A stretch of DNA of 64,000 bases, from the NCBI RefSeq assembly GCF_009914755.1, contig NC_060938.1; one strand, written 5' to 3'. A model generated the notes under the pieces. The model made no database searches. It saw nothing but the letters and a program-made list of their open reading frames with translations, and was not told where the DNA came from. Numbering within the stretch: the first letter of the stretch is position 1; each line of letters begins with the position of its first letter. Source of the stretch: the human T2T-CHM13v2.0 reference genome, Homo sapiens. Shown in pieces: positions 42,429 through 57,612 of the stretch. The translations under genes were made by a program, and so were the position numbers.

Positions 42429-45400
42429 CTATGGAGAAATCCCAAGAAAGCTGGTTAACAAAGCTGAGACAGACAATCTTCTCCTCCCACTGGTGAGCAG
42501 ATAAGTAACACAGTCTCCTTGGGTGTTACGTGACATTTACAGGTAGTTGCTGGCTTCTTAATTTCATGTATGGTACATAAATTTGGACTCTTCTGTGCAC
42601 AATGGCCAGGTCATACTATGGCTCTGCCCAGTGGAAAGTAGTTCAACAATATTCCCACAGTTCTAGAACATTTTACACAGTCTTTCTTAAAGTAACCTAT
42701 CTGCATGCCCTGTTTGCATAACCTGTTTGTGTGCCCTGCCTTTCTTCAATACTCCTTTTTGGAAAAGCAGTTTCTAGTTTCCCATGCTACAAAATCAGAG
42801 TCACTAGGTGTGGAGTTTAGGGATTATGACTGTTTAGCAAGTGCTGCTGAATCACTCACACTGTTTCAGAACAATGGCTAAAGGTATTTGCATACACAAA
42901 GTGACAGAACTAATCACCAAAGGAGGAAAAGGTCAGGCTTACTCAATAAGATGCTCAGGATAGAAAGAATAGAGGAAGATCAATAGGAAGCCGCACCCTA
43001 ACTTGTTAACACAGACAACACAGGGAGATTCCTTTCAGGAAAAAAGCCATGCATGTATCTTAATATGTGTCTTCTTCCTGATAATTATCAAATCAGGTGA
43101 TAATCTGAAGCTCTCTTTGTCTAAGTGCTACCTGTATCAACCAGGTGGAAGAATAAAGTAGAAAACCGTACCAAAAATCCTACTGAAAATTACCATTAGA
43201 GTAAACAGACCTCTAATTGTTCCAAGGGAAAAATTATAACACAGAGTGGGGAGGGGGAAGAAAGCAAAGTATAGAAAGCCAGTTCTTTTCTTCACAGGAT
43301 ACCGCCATGTTTGAAAAATATTTTTTATAGGGATGCAGTAGGTGCAAGGAAAATATTAGAACCAGCAACACAAGATGAGGACAGGGATTTTTTTTCCTGT
43401 TCTACTCACTGATGTATTCTTAGCACCTAGGACAGTGCCTGACATACAGAAGGTGTCCATCTAAAATGTGATAAATAAATCAATGAACTAGCGAATGGCT
43501 CTTTCTCTAAAGAGTAAGTTCACATTTTACCTAGATCAATAGCTATTTCTGTCATTTTAAAAGACCTATCTTCAAACATACATGTAAAGATCCAGGCCAT
43601 ATATTTCCTGATAAATGGCAGCGTTGCTTCATTGGTAAAATGACCGTTTGAGCAGAGCCCCAAGCTAATGGGCTAGTGGTTCAATGAATCAGCTTCAACG
43701 TGGCTGCCGAGTCACTCTCAATAGTAGCATGAAAACACGGAACTAGGCAAAACACACCTTGCATACCAGATCAATAATAAGGCTGAATAGTAACTGGACT
43801 TTACAACAATTTTAAAGCTTAAATCACCATCTCTCTCAAACTTCATATCCTCATGCAGCAAACAATCCCCATATCCTGCCTTTGAACATCAAAATGTCAG
43901 TGTGATGTCATCCTTAGAGCTCAAGTTAGGCTGTTAGCTTGAACATCTTTCAGAAGGTGAAACTGTGAGGCGACGTCAGCAATGAAGATTTAACAAATGA
44001 TGGTACCACTAAGCAAAGCATGGCTTGAGGAAGGGTGATTGGTAGCAAACAGAATTGATGGGCCTAGCAAGAGAAGAAGAGACAAATAAAGTCACCTATA
44101 ATGACTAAAGAATTACCCACCCCTGGAAGCAGCTATTAGGATTATAAGAGCCACCACAGAGCCAATAATGAAAGTCGCTTAAGCCACAAACAATTACAGG
44201 CTGGATTCCCTATTATCTCAGGCTCCCCCCACTGAGTGTGTCTGAAAAGAAAAAGTATGACATCAATGCTATAATCTTATATGCTTAAACAGCTCTTCTC
44301 TAAGGAAAAGGTCAGTGGTCTGGATGCCTGCCATAGTTCACTCTGCAACTAACTGTGATCCCAGGCTGTCTCTTTCCTATAAAGAGGGGATTGGGTTACG
44401 CAGCTGTCAAAGGCCCAAGAAGATCTAAGACTTGATCTAAGCATCAACCCTTGAAAAAGCAACATAGTTCTTCAGGTCATTAAGGAGTGTTTCTCTGCCT
44501 CAGAACTCAGCTCAGATTAAAATATTGAAAAAAAAAAAAAAAGATGGATACAAACTCACAAAAGTAAATCCTCTACCAAATGCCGCATCTATAAAACACA
44601 CAGAGACAAAGCCAAATCCAGAGGACTTACTATTAGGACAAAACCCCTACATGTCAGCAAAGTATCCGACTGCTTAAGAGGGAGGCAAAGAGATAATTTT
44701 TCTGGCCAGAGTGAACATTCACCCTCTCTCCTGGTTCCAGAAACCACATGCATCAAGTTGGAAACAATGGAAGGAAATCATTTCGAGCATCAGTGGGCCA
44801 GTTGAGGCTACATTTGGCCAATTTTATCAGTGTGTTTTCTGGATGAGTGCCATAGGAGATGGGTCTTTGCTTGGGCACATTCCCAACTATTTGCTCGTCT
44901 TTGACAGGGTCTAAAACCATGAGGCTAAGGATGCACCGAGAAGCAAGCCTGACTTCAATAACTAGCCATTCACTTCTGTGCCAATTTGTGCACGGGGCAG
45001 TAACAAACTCCGGAAACAGATCAGTCCAACTGAGTTGCTATCTAAACCTCATCAAGCCGGGGAAGGGATTTAGTGTTTAACAGAAGAGAAGTCTTCAATG
45101 CTTTATTGTTAAAAGAACGGGCCAGAGTAATTTAATGATCATATAACAAACATGCCAAGCAATAAACTGACACATATCAAGAGGATGCCTACTTTAGTAC
45201 AGGCTTTTTATTTTCTAAAACTTCCTGACTAGATTAATATTTGAAGTTGACGCAAGTTTAACACAGTAGTGTCATCTACAGCAGCACATACAGTATAGTC
45301 CTATAGTTCTATTCTTGGATATACTGATAAATCCACATGTCCCCTTACACATTTACCGCTCTGTCCACTGACATTATATAGTGTACCCACCCCACCTCCC

Positions 45401-46800
45401 ACCATCCCCATTCCCAGAGGCCTCTCCTTAGCTCTGTAGCAATAGGAAATGAGTGGAGAGGTGAATCAGGCCGGCCCAGGCTGGCTCTAGACCAGAATAT
45501 GTGCTCTAGACACATATGCAGCCATGTCCAGACAACAAACGTATATGTATCCTTTGAAGATATACACAGATATATAGAACCGTAACAGTCAAAACCCAGT
45601 ATAAAAAAGTGGTCCCCAAATGCCACAGGTGGAAAAGGAAACAGTGGTTCTGTTAAGAGTTACCAGTGAGCTGACTTCATAAAAAAAAAAAAAAAAAACC
45701 TATCTCATCAAGTCCAAAGGTAAAGTTGAAAAATAAAAGTCCAGGATTTCCATTCCAATGCCTAAACAGAATGTTCTTGAATGCCATCAACCGCAGCTTG
45801 ACTGCATGTAAAAACCATTTCAAAAACTTGGCATCAGTGACCTCCACCATCCACTAGGCAATGATGATCATTTTTCAGACCCACAGGTGAGAAGGGGGTA
45901 CACCCACCCTGCCGTTACCACTTCTCTGCAAACAGTTGCAACATGTATTTTCATAGAAATGTATTTTACATTGCTCATGATTTGAGACAGATTCGCTAGT
46001 ATGACTCGATCTTGAACAAGTTATAATAAAGTGGCATTTTATACAAAATTTAACTCACCAAATTAAAGTACTAATTAGATCTCATTTTATTTGCAAAATT
46101 TCCAATAAATGAAAATCCATTGTTTAAGATTTGTTGAGAAAAGCGTGATTTCAAAACTATCTGGTTGAAGGAGCTTTAAACTAGTATTCTGATCTACCGA
46201 CAAATGCTAGATCCCCTCCAGCTGCTAAGTAGAAATACCAGCCAACCTTTGTAAGGATTCATTTTGAATTAAGCATGGTCTTGAGCAAAGCGTACTTTGA
46301 ATAAAATGCAACCTAAGTACGGGATAATCTGCATTTAGCTCATTTACACCTTGGTTTCTTCATCTGTAAAATGGGTTTATGCAGACTCAGGGAGATAATC
46401 CATGTAAAATGCTTAATGCACGGCCTGGCACACACTAAGTGCTTAATAAATGTTAGCTATTTTTAAAGATGATGTGTTATGTTTGTCTTCCCCTCAACTG
46501 AAGCTGTAGAACGTCTCTTCTTCAGAGACCCAATTCTACTTAAGTGTTTTGTAGTTTTGAACCCAGGACTGGCAAACTAAAATAGCTTTCGATGTTTGCG
46601 AGTAACAAATGATTGAAGCCAATCAGGTATACATGAGTCAGAACTCTGGTGTGTGTTATGCCACCTACACTGAGGGGACTTGCTGTTATTTTCAATGAGA
46701 GCAAATCTTCAGATTTTATGAGAGTAGCAGGCAATCCGATCTTTATGTAAACTCTCCTGAATATTGTTGATCCCAATTTTTTAATCAGGGCTATAAATAA

Positions 46801-46802
<2 letters not shown>

Positions 46803-46843
<41 letters not shown>

Positions 46844-46856
46844 CACACACATATAT
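46803..46856. repeat. (CA)n/(TA)n microsatellite
   Basis: Direct reading. Confidence 0.9.
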
Positions 46857-47160
46857 CAGGCTATATTTTGAGATCACTGTGTGAGGACTTCCAAGAAGTA
46901 AAGCTACTTTGAGACAGCTGCTGAGTGGGCACCTTCCCCATCTCTCTCCACCAGACTCAAACACATCCTATCCAAAGACAATGCCTCATCCTGAATGCCA
47001 TCCACATTCCAATTGCATCCTGACACCTCGCTCCATCAAGTCCTTCCCCCATGTCCACCCAGTACAGAGCAACAGAGGCCCAGGATCCTTCCCTTCTCCA
47101 CCATAAGGCACAACGACACAGGCACAACAACACAGACAACTAGATGTGTAAAGAGTTGGG

Positions 47161-47579
<419 letters not shown>

Positions 47580-49685
47580 TTATATTCGGGTGACAACAGC
47601 CTAGGTGACAAACTTGCCAATGTTTTTAGTCAGCTGTGGGTAGAGGAGCTGAAGGCTACACTTCCAGGGCTATTTTTCTAGGTGGTTTATGTTCAGCACA
47701 TATTTTAACACACGCCTTGACTGTGGCCAGTGAGCAGGGCATCCCCATGATCACATACTTTAGGTCCTGCCTTCATCAAGGCACCCTGCTGATGTAGGGG
47801 CCCCATTTGGTAATTCATCTGAGGGAGGGGAAAGGGGATTAGTAGCTGGAACAAAGGCACTATATGTGCTAGCAGCAGCTCTAGATCTGAAATTCTCCTA
47901 TTTAAAAAGAAAGAAAAACCAAAAAAACGTTTAGGTATTCAAACTGCTATATGCAGGCATACTGGAGGAAAGGCTGGAGAAAAAAAAAAACAAAACCTGA
48001 AAGAGACATGCCCTTTACAAGTTTTATTTAAAAAAAAAAAAATCTAAAGACAAATTAAGCCAAAATGTCCAATTCCATTATTTTCCACTTGGCTCTGACA
48101 AGGAGTGAGAGAAAAGAACTCAAAAAATCATTTGCAACTTAAATCCGGAGGACATGAAAAGCAAACTGGAATTACTACTTCAACCTTCTATCATCTCCCT
48201 TGTTCAGGGATATGTGATCTTCAAGGACATTTTGTGGGATCTACTGTTGTCAAGTAAATTAAATTCCTACAGAACAATGTTCACAGGGCCTCTTTACAAG
48301 ACGATGGCAACTATGCAAAGCTTTCTCCAAGTTTTAAGAAAATGTCACTGCAAAAGTTCACATTTGCTGCCAGCTGGTCTTATCCTTTATACAGAATTGA
48401 ACAAAAAAGGTCTCAATGTGATGATGAAGCAGTGCTAACTTGTAAGTATTAAAAGTGCTTTAGAATTTTTAGACATTCAAACTTCACCTAGACGGGCATG
48501 AAGAAAATAGTTGTAAGCAAACGTGAGCTCTTAGAAAAGTAAGAAATTTTGTGTAAACTGTCATCAGTTACCTTGGCATCTTGCTGGTCATCTTTGTTGT
48601 TGGTTAAGAGCAAGCCTAGCTATTCTATTTCCTGACTTCTAGTGCCTCTAGTTACAGACTGATGTAATAAAATGAGGGGGAAAGAGAAAATACACTTTTG
48701 GTGGGCCATAACACAAGCTGTGTCCAGCCACCGTGTTCACCTTTCCAAAGCTTCAGCATCTCACCAGACCATTTGGAAGATTCAGAATACCAGACAAATA
48801 CCTGTCAGGTAGGTAATCCTTTCAATAAACCCCAAATTATTCATGAAAATGTTTTTTACTACTCTACTTCCACAATGCAGACTACTTCTGCCCTCCTCAT
48901 TTGTCCTAAATCCACACTAAAAATAATTCCTCTCGCAGAACCTACTTACCCAGAACACTGCTACACATGACCTCTCTCCCAAGGTAGAACAACGGTCATC
49001 ACATACCTACACCTGAATTTTCTAATATTGTAGAAACTTCAGAACTTCTGAAAATAAAAAATAAGAAGTAATAACCGACTCTCGGTTGCTCTAGTGAAGT
49101 GGGTCTGCCCACACCCTCCTGGCCAGGTGAGAGCACCGTGCCTGAATAGCAGAGAATTTACCATTCTCACTTTAAAACCTGTCCTCAGATGAACTTGGTC
49201 CTAGCTTCAGGATCATTAACTACCCAGAGCGTGGAAGCATCCATCTAGTTCTCCTGGGTCAGTGATGATAGTTCTACCAGGCACAATAGCCCTTTGAGAT
49301 TCTTACATTAAAAGGATGTAAGAAATATGCACGCACACACAGAAGTCTGCACGAAATTCTAGGGGGTTCAAAGGCCTCTAAAGTTGAACTGTGCGGGATC
49401 AAGATTCTATTCCAGGAGATCCCGCATTTCATGCACGACCTTCTGAGTGAATCGCCCTCCCCCAAGAAGCCACTGAAAGGCTCAGAGGCCAGGAATTTAA
49501 GAGACTATTGTCATTCCTTTCTGCATTGTGGTTAATTCTTCTCCTTGGAGGGGATTCAGCCAGAGCCCATGCAATTAGGCACAGTAAACAGGCCCGGCAA
49601 CATCGCCATATTAATACAGGGTGTTTGGGTTTGGGCAGGCCGCCCTTCCCGTGGAGGACTGGCTCTAAGCCAGCAGGGTGATGGC

Positions 49686-49716
49686 TGAGTGACAGGGCTA
49701 CGTGCGCTGCGTGAGG
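49686..49716. promoter_or_regulatory. Intron-1 hypoxia response element (HIF enhancer)
   Basis: TACGTG at 49699-49704 plus GCGTG at 49709-49713 in a local CpG-rich patch about 12.6 kb downstream of the TSS, matching the known location of the functional EGLN3 intron-1 HRE. Confidence 0.85.
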
Positions 49717-50365
49717 GTGGCAGCCAGCCCACACCCGAGCACACCGCCAGGCAGCCTGAGCTGGGAACGGACACTGGGAACCATCCCCCTCCCCCATCTC
49801 TACCCCAGTCACCAGAGAAATGTTTTCAACCGGGCTTCCTCACAATTATAAAATCAGCAAAGGTCAGTCCAGCCCAGGGATAAGGACATCAAGACGCATT
49901 TAACCATTTCCTTTCTGATGCCTTTCCCCAAATATTAACAGCTGCTGTTTCCTGAGAATTCATGTAGCCCGGTGGCATTTTGCACATATCTTGTTTAATT
50001 TCCTGGTTACTGGGAAGGTGAGCAGCAGTGTGTGCCCTGAGTCACACCGCTCCAAGTCCTTGGTAGAAGTCATTAACCCTAGAAGTGACCCTATGGACCT
50101 AGAAGTTATCACAGGTATTTCTATAGAGAAACATAATATTCGACTTCCTTTGATATGAGAAAACAGCCTTATCAGAATAATAAAACATCACCTATGGCTC
50201 TCTAAAGGCTTTGAGCATAACAGAGACAAGGAATACTTGTGACTGCAGGCTCATCAGAGAATGGAATATTTGAAATTTTCATCTGAACTTAATCCTAAAG
50301 TACTTAAAGAATCCATAACTCAAAATAATTGGTAAGACAAGACTTTAATAATGGATAATATATGA

Positions 50366-50721
<356 letters not shown>

Positions 50722-50869
50722 GAAACAATCATCTTAAAACAGGAGAAACCTACATATGCATTTCAGCACTTGGAAAAACAGATCTGCTGAATGAAAGAAA
50801 TGACACACAGCAAGTTAGCGTAGATTAGAACTCATGAAATTCAGTGGCTATATTTATTTACTAAACAAA

Positions 50870-51075
50870 CATTTGTAAAGCATTTACTATGTGCCCAACA
50901 CTGTTCTGTGTGCTTCACAAATCGGACCTCCTTCACACTCCCTAACAACCGCATGAAGTAGGAACATTATCTCCATTTTACCGATGAGGAAATGGAGGCA
51001 CAGAGAGCTTAGGTAACTTGCCTTTTTGAACCCAGTTGGTCTGGCTGAAGAGTGTGAGGTCTTAAGACGTGCTTT
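50870..51075 (-). mobile_element. MIR
   Basis: CTCCATTTTACCGATGAGGAAATGGAGGCACAGAGAG core. Confidence 0.7.
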
Positions 51076-51732
51076 ACCAACTCAGTTTATCTAATGTCTG
51101 ACATTAGCAAATTCACCCCCACCTCATTTTTGAGGGAACTAAGATCTTTGGTTCTACTTGAAATATTTGACTCCACCTACCTCATCCTTGCCTATCACCC
51201 TTCCAGAGTGATAGAAAAATCACAAAATACAAACAATTGCAAGAATTTTTTTAAAAGAGTGTGCTTGTTATTCAGTCTGTAAACTCAAAGATCCAAAGGG
51301 GGAATTTTAACAAAGGCAAGAGGCCAAGAAAATTGACCCTACTTGTCCAAGTCATCTTGTCTTTGCTTTGGTTATTCCCAGTGCAGGTCAACCTCAAGCC
51401 CACCATAAAATCTCTGTAGCCCCTGCAGGGCCCACATAGGCCTCAAATGCAGTTGTCTTGCCAAAGGCCAGACATTCACCTCCATTCACCATAACAGGAG
51501 GGAACTGGTTCCAAAATTTGCTTCAATTCTAGTTCTGGAAAATTAAATATGCTGGTACAAATAATAGGCTATAAATGTGAACTAAAAATCGTTTTTTGTT
51601 TTTTTTTTTAGTTTTAGCAATAAATAATCTAATGTCTGATCAACTGACCTCTGACTTTCTTGTTAACAGGGAAACTGTAGGAAGATACGCCACCATCCCT
51701 ATCTAATCTCTTCTTAATGCATTAACTTTACT

Positions 51733-51886
51733 CAATGGTTCTCAAACTTTAGCATGTATGAGATCACCTGGAGAACTTGTGAATTTCTAACTCAGGAGGT
51801 CTGGGGAGAAGATGAAGAATCTGCATTTACTGCATGTTTCCAGATAATGGTGATGCCTCTTATCCAGGGACCACAGAGAACCACAG
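51733..51886. mobile_element. MER5A-like hAT DNA element
   Basis: CAATGGTTCTCAAACTTTAGC...ATCACCTGGAGA...AATCTGCATTT...GAGAACCAC termini. Confidence 0.7.
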
Positions 51887-54800
51887 CCCTTATATGGCAA
51901 AGTCGAGAGTTTTTGTGCAATGCCTCACCCTAAATGATAAAGGTAAAGAGGAATTAGTCAACTGCACTAGTTAATTTGGGGAGCTGAAAGTGGGTGGGTA
52001 GAGCAGTAATGAGGAGAATTACTCTGGCAGTTTCTGGCATCAGCTTTGCAGTGTCATTCCCGAAGCTGGCAGGAAACTTTCCAATTGTAACTTTCTAGCA
52101 TTGCTGTTTTGTGCTGGGCTCTGCCTCTGAGGATTACTGTCATATCAGCGCTGGGGTTGAATGTTGGTGCGAGTCTGCTCTCTCCAGGAATCAAATAAAA
52201 GGCACTGAAAGCAACTATTTTCCTTCTCAAATGGAAATGTCATCTCAATGTTAATTCCTTATAATCCTAGAAGTAGACATACAGTATTATTGTGCCTATG
52301 TTATAGATGATGAAAGTGGGCTCAGAGAACTGACTTGCCCAAGATCATAGGAAGATGAAATAAAATCTGAAGTGTCCATCCTAGTGTCAAGTGGTAGGTG
52401 CTGACCAAATTTAAGTTCAAAAATGAAAACAAGTATCTAACTCATCCATAAAGAAGTGGAAATGGAGGACCATGAAACTTGCCAGGGGCTGAGCTAGGAC
52501 CAGAACCTGGGGCCCTAAGCCTCGTGGCCCTGGCGTCTCTGAGCCAGACCTGTAGGTATGAGCTGCCAGGATCCAGGTGTGACTCGGGTATTTCTAGGGT
52601 GAAACCTAGGATTTCGAAACTGAGAAAAAAAAAAAACTTACAAAGCTAAGGTCCTCCATTGAGATGGTCTCACATAACATGTCACTCTAATAAAATATTT
52701 AAATACTTAGGCATCGAATTAGAGACTAAGCTGCAGCCACCCATCTTCCCCCGTCATTCCCCTCTATCCCCCCCAAAAAAAATTCTAGCTTTTTTTTTAA
52801 CATTCAAATATCCATCAAAATCAAAGTTCCTTTTGAAGATGAAATTAAGCCAACAAGCACCTATGAAGTATAAGGGACTGTTCTAGGCACTAAAAGTATA
52901 CACAAAGCTTAACAGTCTCTGCATTCAAGGAATTTCTAAGCACACGGTGGACAGCATAAACAGCCCAATAAATCCATGTACTGGGCAGCCTGGATTGAGC
53001 CACGACAGAGTTCTGGGGAGCAGAAGGGAAGACTTCAGGGAACAGGCACTAGAAGGCGGTAGAGATGGATTTTTGATGAGTGGAAGACAATGGGGAAGCT
53101 CATTATGCCTGGCAAATTAGTTTCTAGCATTTCAGGGACTGGGAGGAAAGGAAGGCAGTGGTGGGAAATTAAGTGTAGAAAGGTCAGATGTGGTCAGATG
53201 TAGAGGGCTGTCAAAGCTGGCTAAGTTTACAGTCTTTACAGTGTTGTATAGTAGATAATGAAGAAGGAGCATGGTTGGATTTTTGGATTATTTTGTTTTA
53301 AGCACAGAGACTACATGATTAGAATTGGAATTGGGACTACTACACTCTAGCAAAAGTACATAAAATGGATTACGGGAAGAACAAGAACCAACGGCAAGTG
53401 ATTTATGGTTACAGTAAGTTACTTTAAAAAACTTCCCCCCTCAAGGATTTTTCTACTAAGAAAGGGCCCCTCAAGGATTTTTCTACTAAGAAAGGAAAGA
53501 AAGTTTAGTTAAAAAAAAAAAAAAGACAACTTGAGGTTCTATAGTGAACCTAAAAAGTAAAACTAAACAAAGAAAGCACAATAGGCCCTTCTCTAGCAAT
53601 ACTGCATGTTCTTGCCTGAATCTTCAATATTTTGTGTTTAAAAGGGGTTTTGTTGGCCTGGCCTGGTGGCTCACACCTGTAGTTTCAGTACTTTGGGAGG
53701 CCTGGGCAACATGGCAGAACCCCATCTCTATAAAAATAAATAAAAGGGTCCCAAACAGTATATCCTTACAGCTTCCAAGCAATGCTCAAATGAAATTATC
53801 CTGACAACTTCAAAAAGATGGAACTTCAGGGTCTCACATTAGAATAAAAAATAGATGTTATTGACACCTGGAATTGAGTTTTTCATTTTGTTTTCTTCCC
53901 ACTGACAAAGAATTGAGGTTACTATCATATTATTTGATTCTTTGTATTCTGGAATTATTTTTGTATGGCAACAATAAGTATTTTGGCCTCATTTTGTAAA
54001 GAAAAACTAATGTTTAATATAAGATAGGCACATGTACTCCAGAACTTGAGAATCATTGTACCTTCTAAAGAATCAAAAATTAGCTTGATTTAATAAGGAG
54101 GTATTGACACTGTACTGAACACGGAGAACACTAAGTAACAAGGTACCAAATGAATCCAATACAAGATGTGAAAGCCTGCATTATACACCAGCAAACCCAG
54201 GGTCTGTAAGGCTGGGATTGTGTTAGGACCGGGGCAGGAAAACGTAGTCACTACAGACTCACCAAAAACAGGGACAGAAACTCACCCACAAATCAATATC
54301 AAAACAAGATGCAAAATTAAAGTAAATGTCATACCGGTTTAAGATGGAAATAATCGAGAGAAAGGGGGTACAAATTCTATGTATAATTAACCAAGACAAC
54401 TAATCTTGCTTGGCAAACAGACACATAGCACTGAATCTGAGCCCAATCAACGGCTCCTGGCAATCTGCCAAAGCTGAACTCCTTAGTCTGGCACCATCAA
54501 ATGATTTGTCTGTTGTATTTACAATTCCAGTGCCTCTGGATTCAGCTACCCACTGGGCACCCCTGGCAGATGCCCAGCAAAATAGATCTGAACTATCATT
54601 ACTGTCAGAACATGTGCATTTGACAAACACTAGAGAAAAGCGACACCCGTTTCTTAGAGCAATATCACTTAACAACTACAAAGTGCTGCTACCAAGGAAT
54701 TGTGGAGTCTGTTGCCGTAATAATTAACAAAAAGTTAATAACCTTCTCCATAATGTTAACCTGCAAGCTACTTCTTGGTCTTCAGTGGGCACAGATCAAA

Positions 54801-55324
54801 ATGTAATTTAATTTACCTAGGGCTGCAAAGTTGGGTCAAAAGCAGAGGCCTTGCCAAACCAAACATGGCCCACAGGTGAGCAGCCTTCCAGGCTTTATCC
54901 GGAAGTACACAAGATGCTGGCAGTGCTTAAACTCTGCTCATTAGAGGTTGGGTAGAACGCCACCCTGACCTTTAAGCTTCCTCAGAGAAATCTTTCATAC
55001 ATGGTGTGTTCTTGGGATAGGGTCATAAAATGGAGGGCTGTTTGTTACTTATGAAATTACAAGTTTTTCCAGGAGATTCAGGAATCAGGAAAAATTTTAC
55101 CAATTTTGCTTGAGCTGAAGCAGAAAGGTTAGAAAGGGAAATCATTCATGATACTCCAAAACCTTATGCAGAGACAGGCTTGCATAACTCCACTTAAGGG
55201 TGTTTATCAATTTTCAGTCAGAATTATATTTAAAATTCCCAAATAAAATGGTGATGCCACTGAATTAACCTACTGACCCTGGTCCCAGTCTGTCTGACCC
55301 AGCCAGCGTAGCCCCTTCTCTATT

Positions 55325-55634
<310 letters not shown>

Positions 55635-57307
55635 ACCCTTTCTCTATTAAAGTACCTTTTATCCATCCCTTCCCAAGGATCTGCTCAAGATATCATCTCT
55701 CCAAATATGAAAACAACTGCTGAATGACTGAGACATTGGATAGATGTGACTTCTAATATCTCTCTAGCCCTAAAAACCCATATTATTAACATCCTGTATA
55801 GTTTTGATCACTTGTTCTGGTTGCTTCATTTTAAGTTAACAGAGAAATTGGAGAAAACCCAAAGAGAAACAATGACTAATGAGCGTAAACGTGCACTTTT
55901 TAACCAGAAAAAGAGAAAGAATTGGTGACAACCACTGCACACTACACTCAACTCTCAGCTTAGTTCTTCAGGTGGTTTTATAATCACTGGGCACTTCCCT
56001 TCCCCATCCACGGACAGGTCTCCCACAGTGTGCAGCACTGAGTGATCTGTGAATGAATTAAATCGATATCCCTTTATTATCCACTTCTCTGAAGCAGATA
56101 AGGTTATAGTGAAGTGGCCAGTGGCCCAAAATTGAGCAAAAGAAATTACAAATTAAACACACACACCCTCCTGCCTTCTTTGTTTCCAAGTGTCATTCAC
56201 AAAATAGACAAAAAACCCCATGAAAACTTGCCCATTGGAGAGACTTGTTTCACTGTCACTGGGACTGTATTCTGTAAATTATTACTGTGGAGTAATTTCC
56301 TTCCTACAGGAGCTAAGTTATTTTTAATACAAAAGCTTTTATAGGAATCCCTTACATCCTTACAGAAAGATGATCCAGAGCTTCAAACTCAGCACTCCTT
56401 CTCCCCAAAATACCTTATTCACAGTGTTCCAGAGCTTCAAACTCAGCAGCACTCCTCCCCAAAATACCTTATTCACAGGTAGATTTCTAAGATTCTAATT
56501 GCAGAGATACCATTTATGGTATCCAGCTCTCAAACTCTGTGCTCTAAGAGCTATAACTCTCATGGGCCCTGGCAACCATATTTGTGATGCATGGTTTCCA
56601 CATGCCTCCCACTGTGCCAGACTACGGCTGATAGATCCCTTGAGCCAAGGTGAGACAATCAGACTTTCTCCCAGGCGATGAAAACAGGGATCCAGGAATG
56701 TTACTGAAGTCTCTGCTCATCTGCAACTAAGGGCTGAGGTGGCCATTGTGGGGCAGCCATCTTGAGCCATGTGCATGGGAAGGCAGCAAAAGCTGGATTG
56801 AAAAGAGGATAAGAAATGAAGAGCAAAAGCAGGGAAGCAAAGATGGAGGTCATGAGGCTCCTGAGAAAAGAACACACCAGCTGTCCTGGATGTTAAGGAC
56901 TTTCTGCTTCCTAGTTCATACCTCTAAGCTTCTGAGAACCCTGACTGCATTTCTTGCACTTGGATCCTGCGAGATCACTTCATAGTACATTGCTTCATTT
57001 TTCCCTTAAAGTAGTTTGCAACCATGATAAGCTCCATTAAATAATGTATATTCCTGACCTCACATGAGAAGGGTGGGCCAAAACTGTTATTGCTCAACAG
57101 CAAGGAATAAACACACCACCTTGCAACACATCTTCTTTAATTCATAAATGTTTTGCTGTTTCATCATTCCTCCTTATTGTTTCCAGGGGAGGACCAATTG
57201 GTCTGTTCACAATGCAGTCCTCACAATGCCACCTTCCAGAGCTAGTCTGGTCAGGAATCCTACGAACAAACCCTATCAATAAATGTTTTCCTAAAAATAA
57301 CAGTAGA

Positions 57308-57612
57308 AGCCGGGCGCGGTGGCTCACACCTGTAATCCCAGCACTTTGGGAGGCACCAAGGCAGGCGAATCACCTGAGGTCGGGAGTTAGAGATCAGCCT
57401 GACCAACAAGGAGAAACCCCGTCTCTACTAAAAATACAAAATTAGCTGGGCATGGGGGCGCACGCCTGTAATCCCAGCTACTCAGGAGGCTGAGGCAGGA
57501 GAATCGCTTGAACCCAGGAGGCGGAGGTTGTGGTGGGCCAAGATTGCGCCATTGAACTCCAACCTGCGCAACAGGAGCAAAACTCTGTCTCAATAAATAA
57601 ATAAATAAATAA
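57308..57612 (+). mobile_element. Alu (Sp-like)
   Basis: Dimeric Alu with (TAAA)n tail. Confidence 0.92.

Noticed and set aside
49429-49812. 127-aa ORF in intron 1
   Set aside because: Overlaps the GC-rich enhancer patch; no homology or exon-like boundaries recognised
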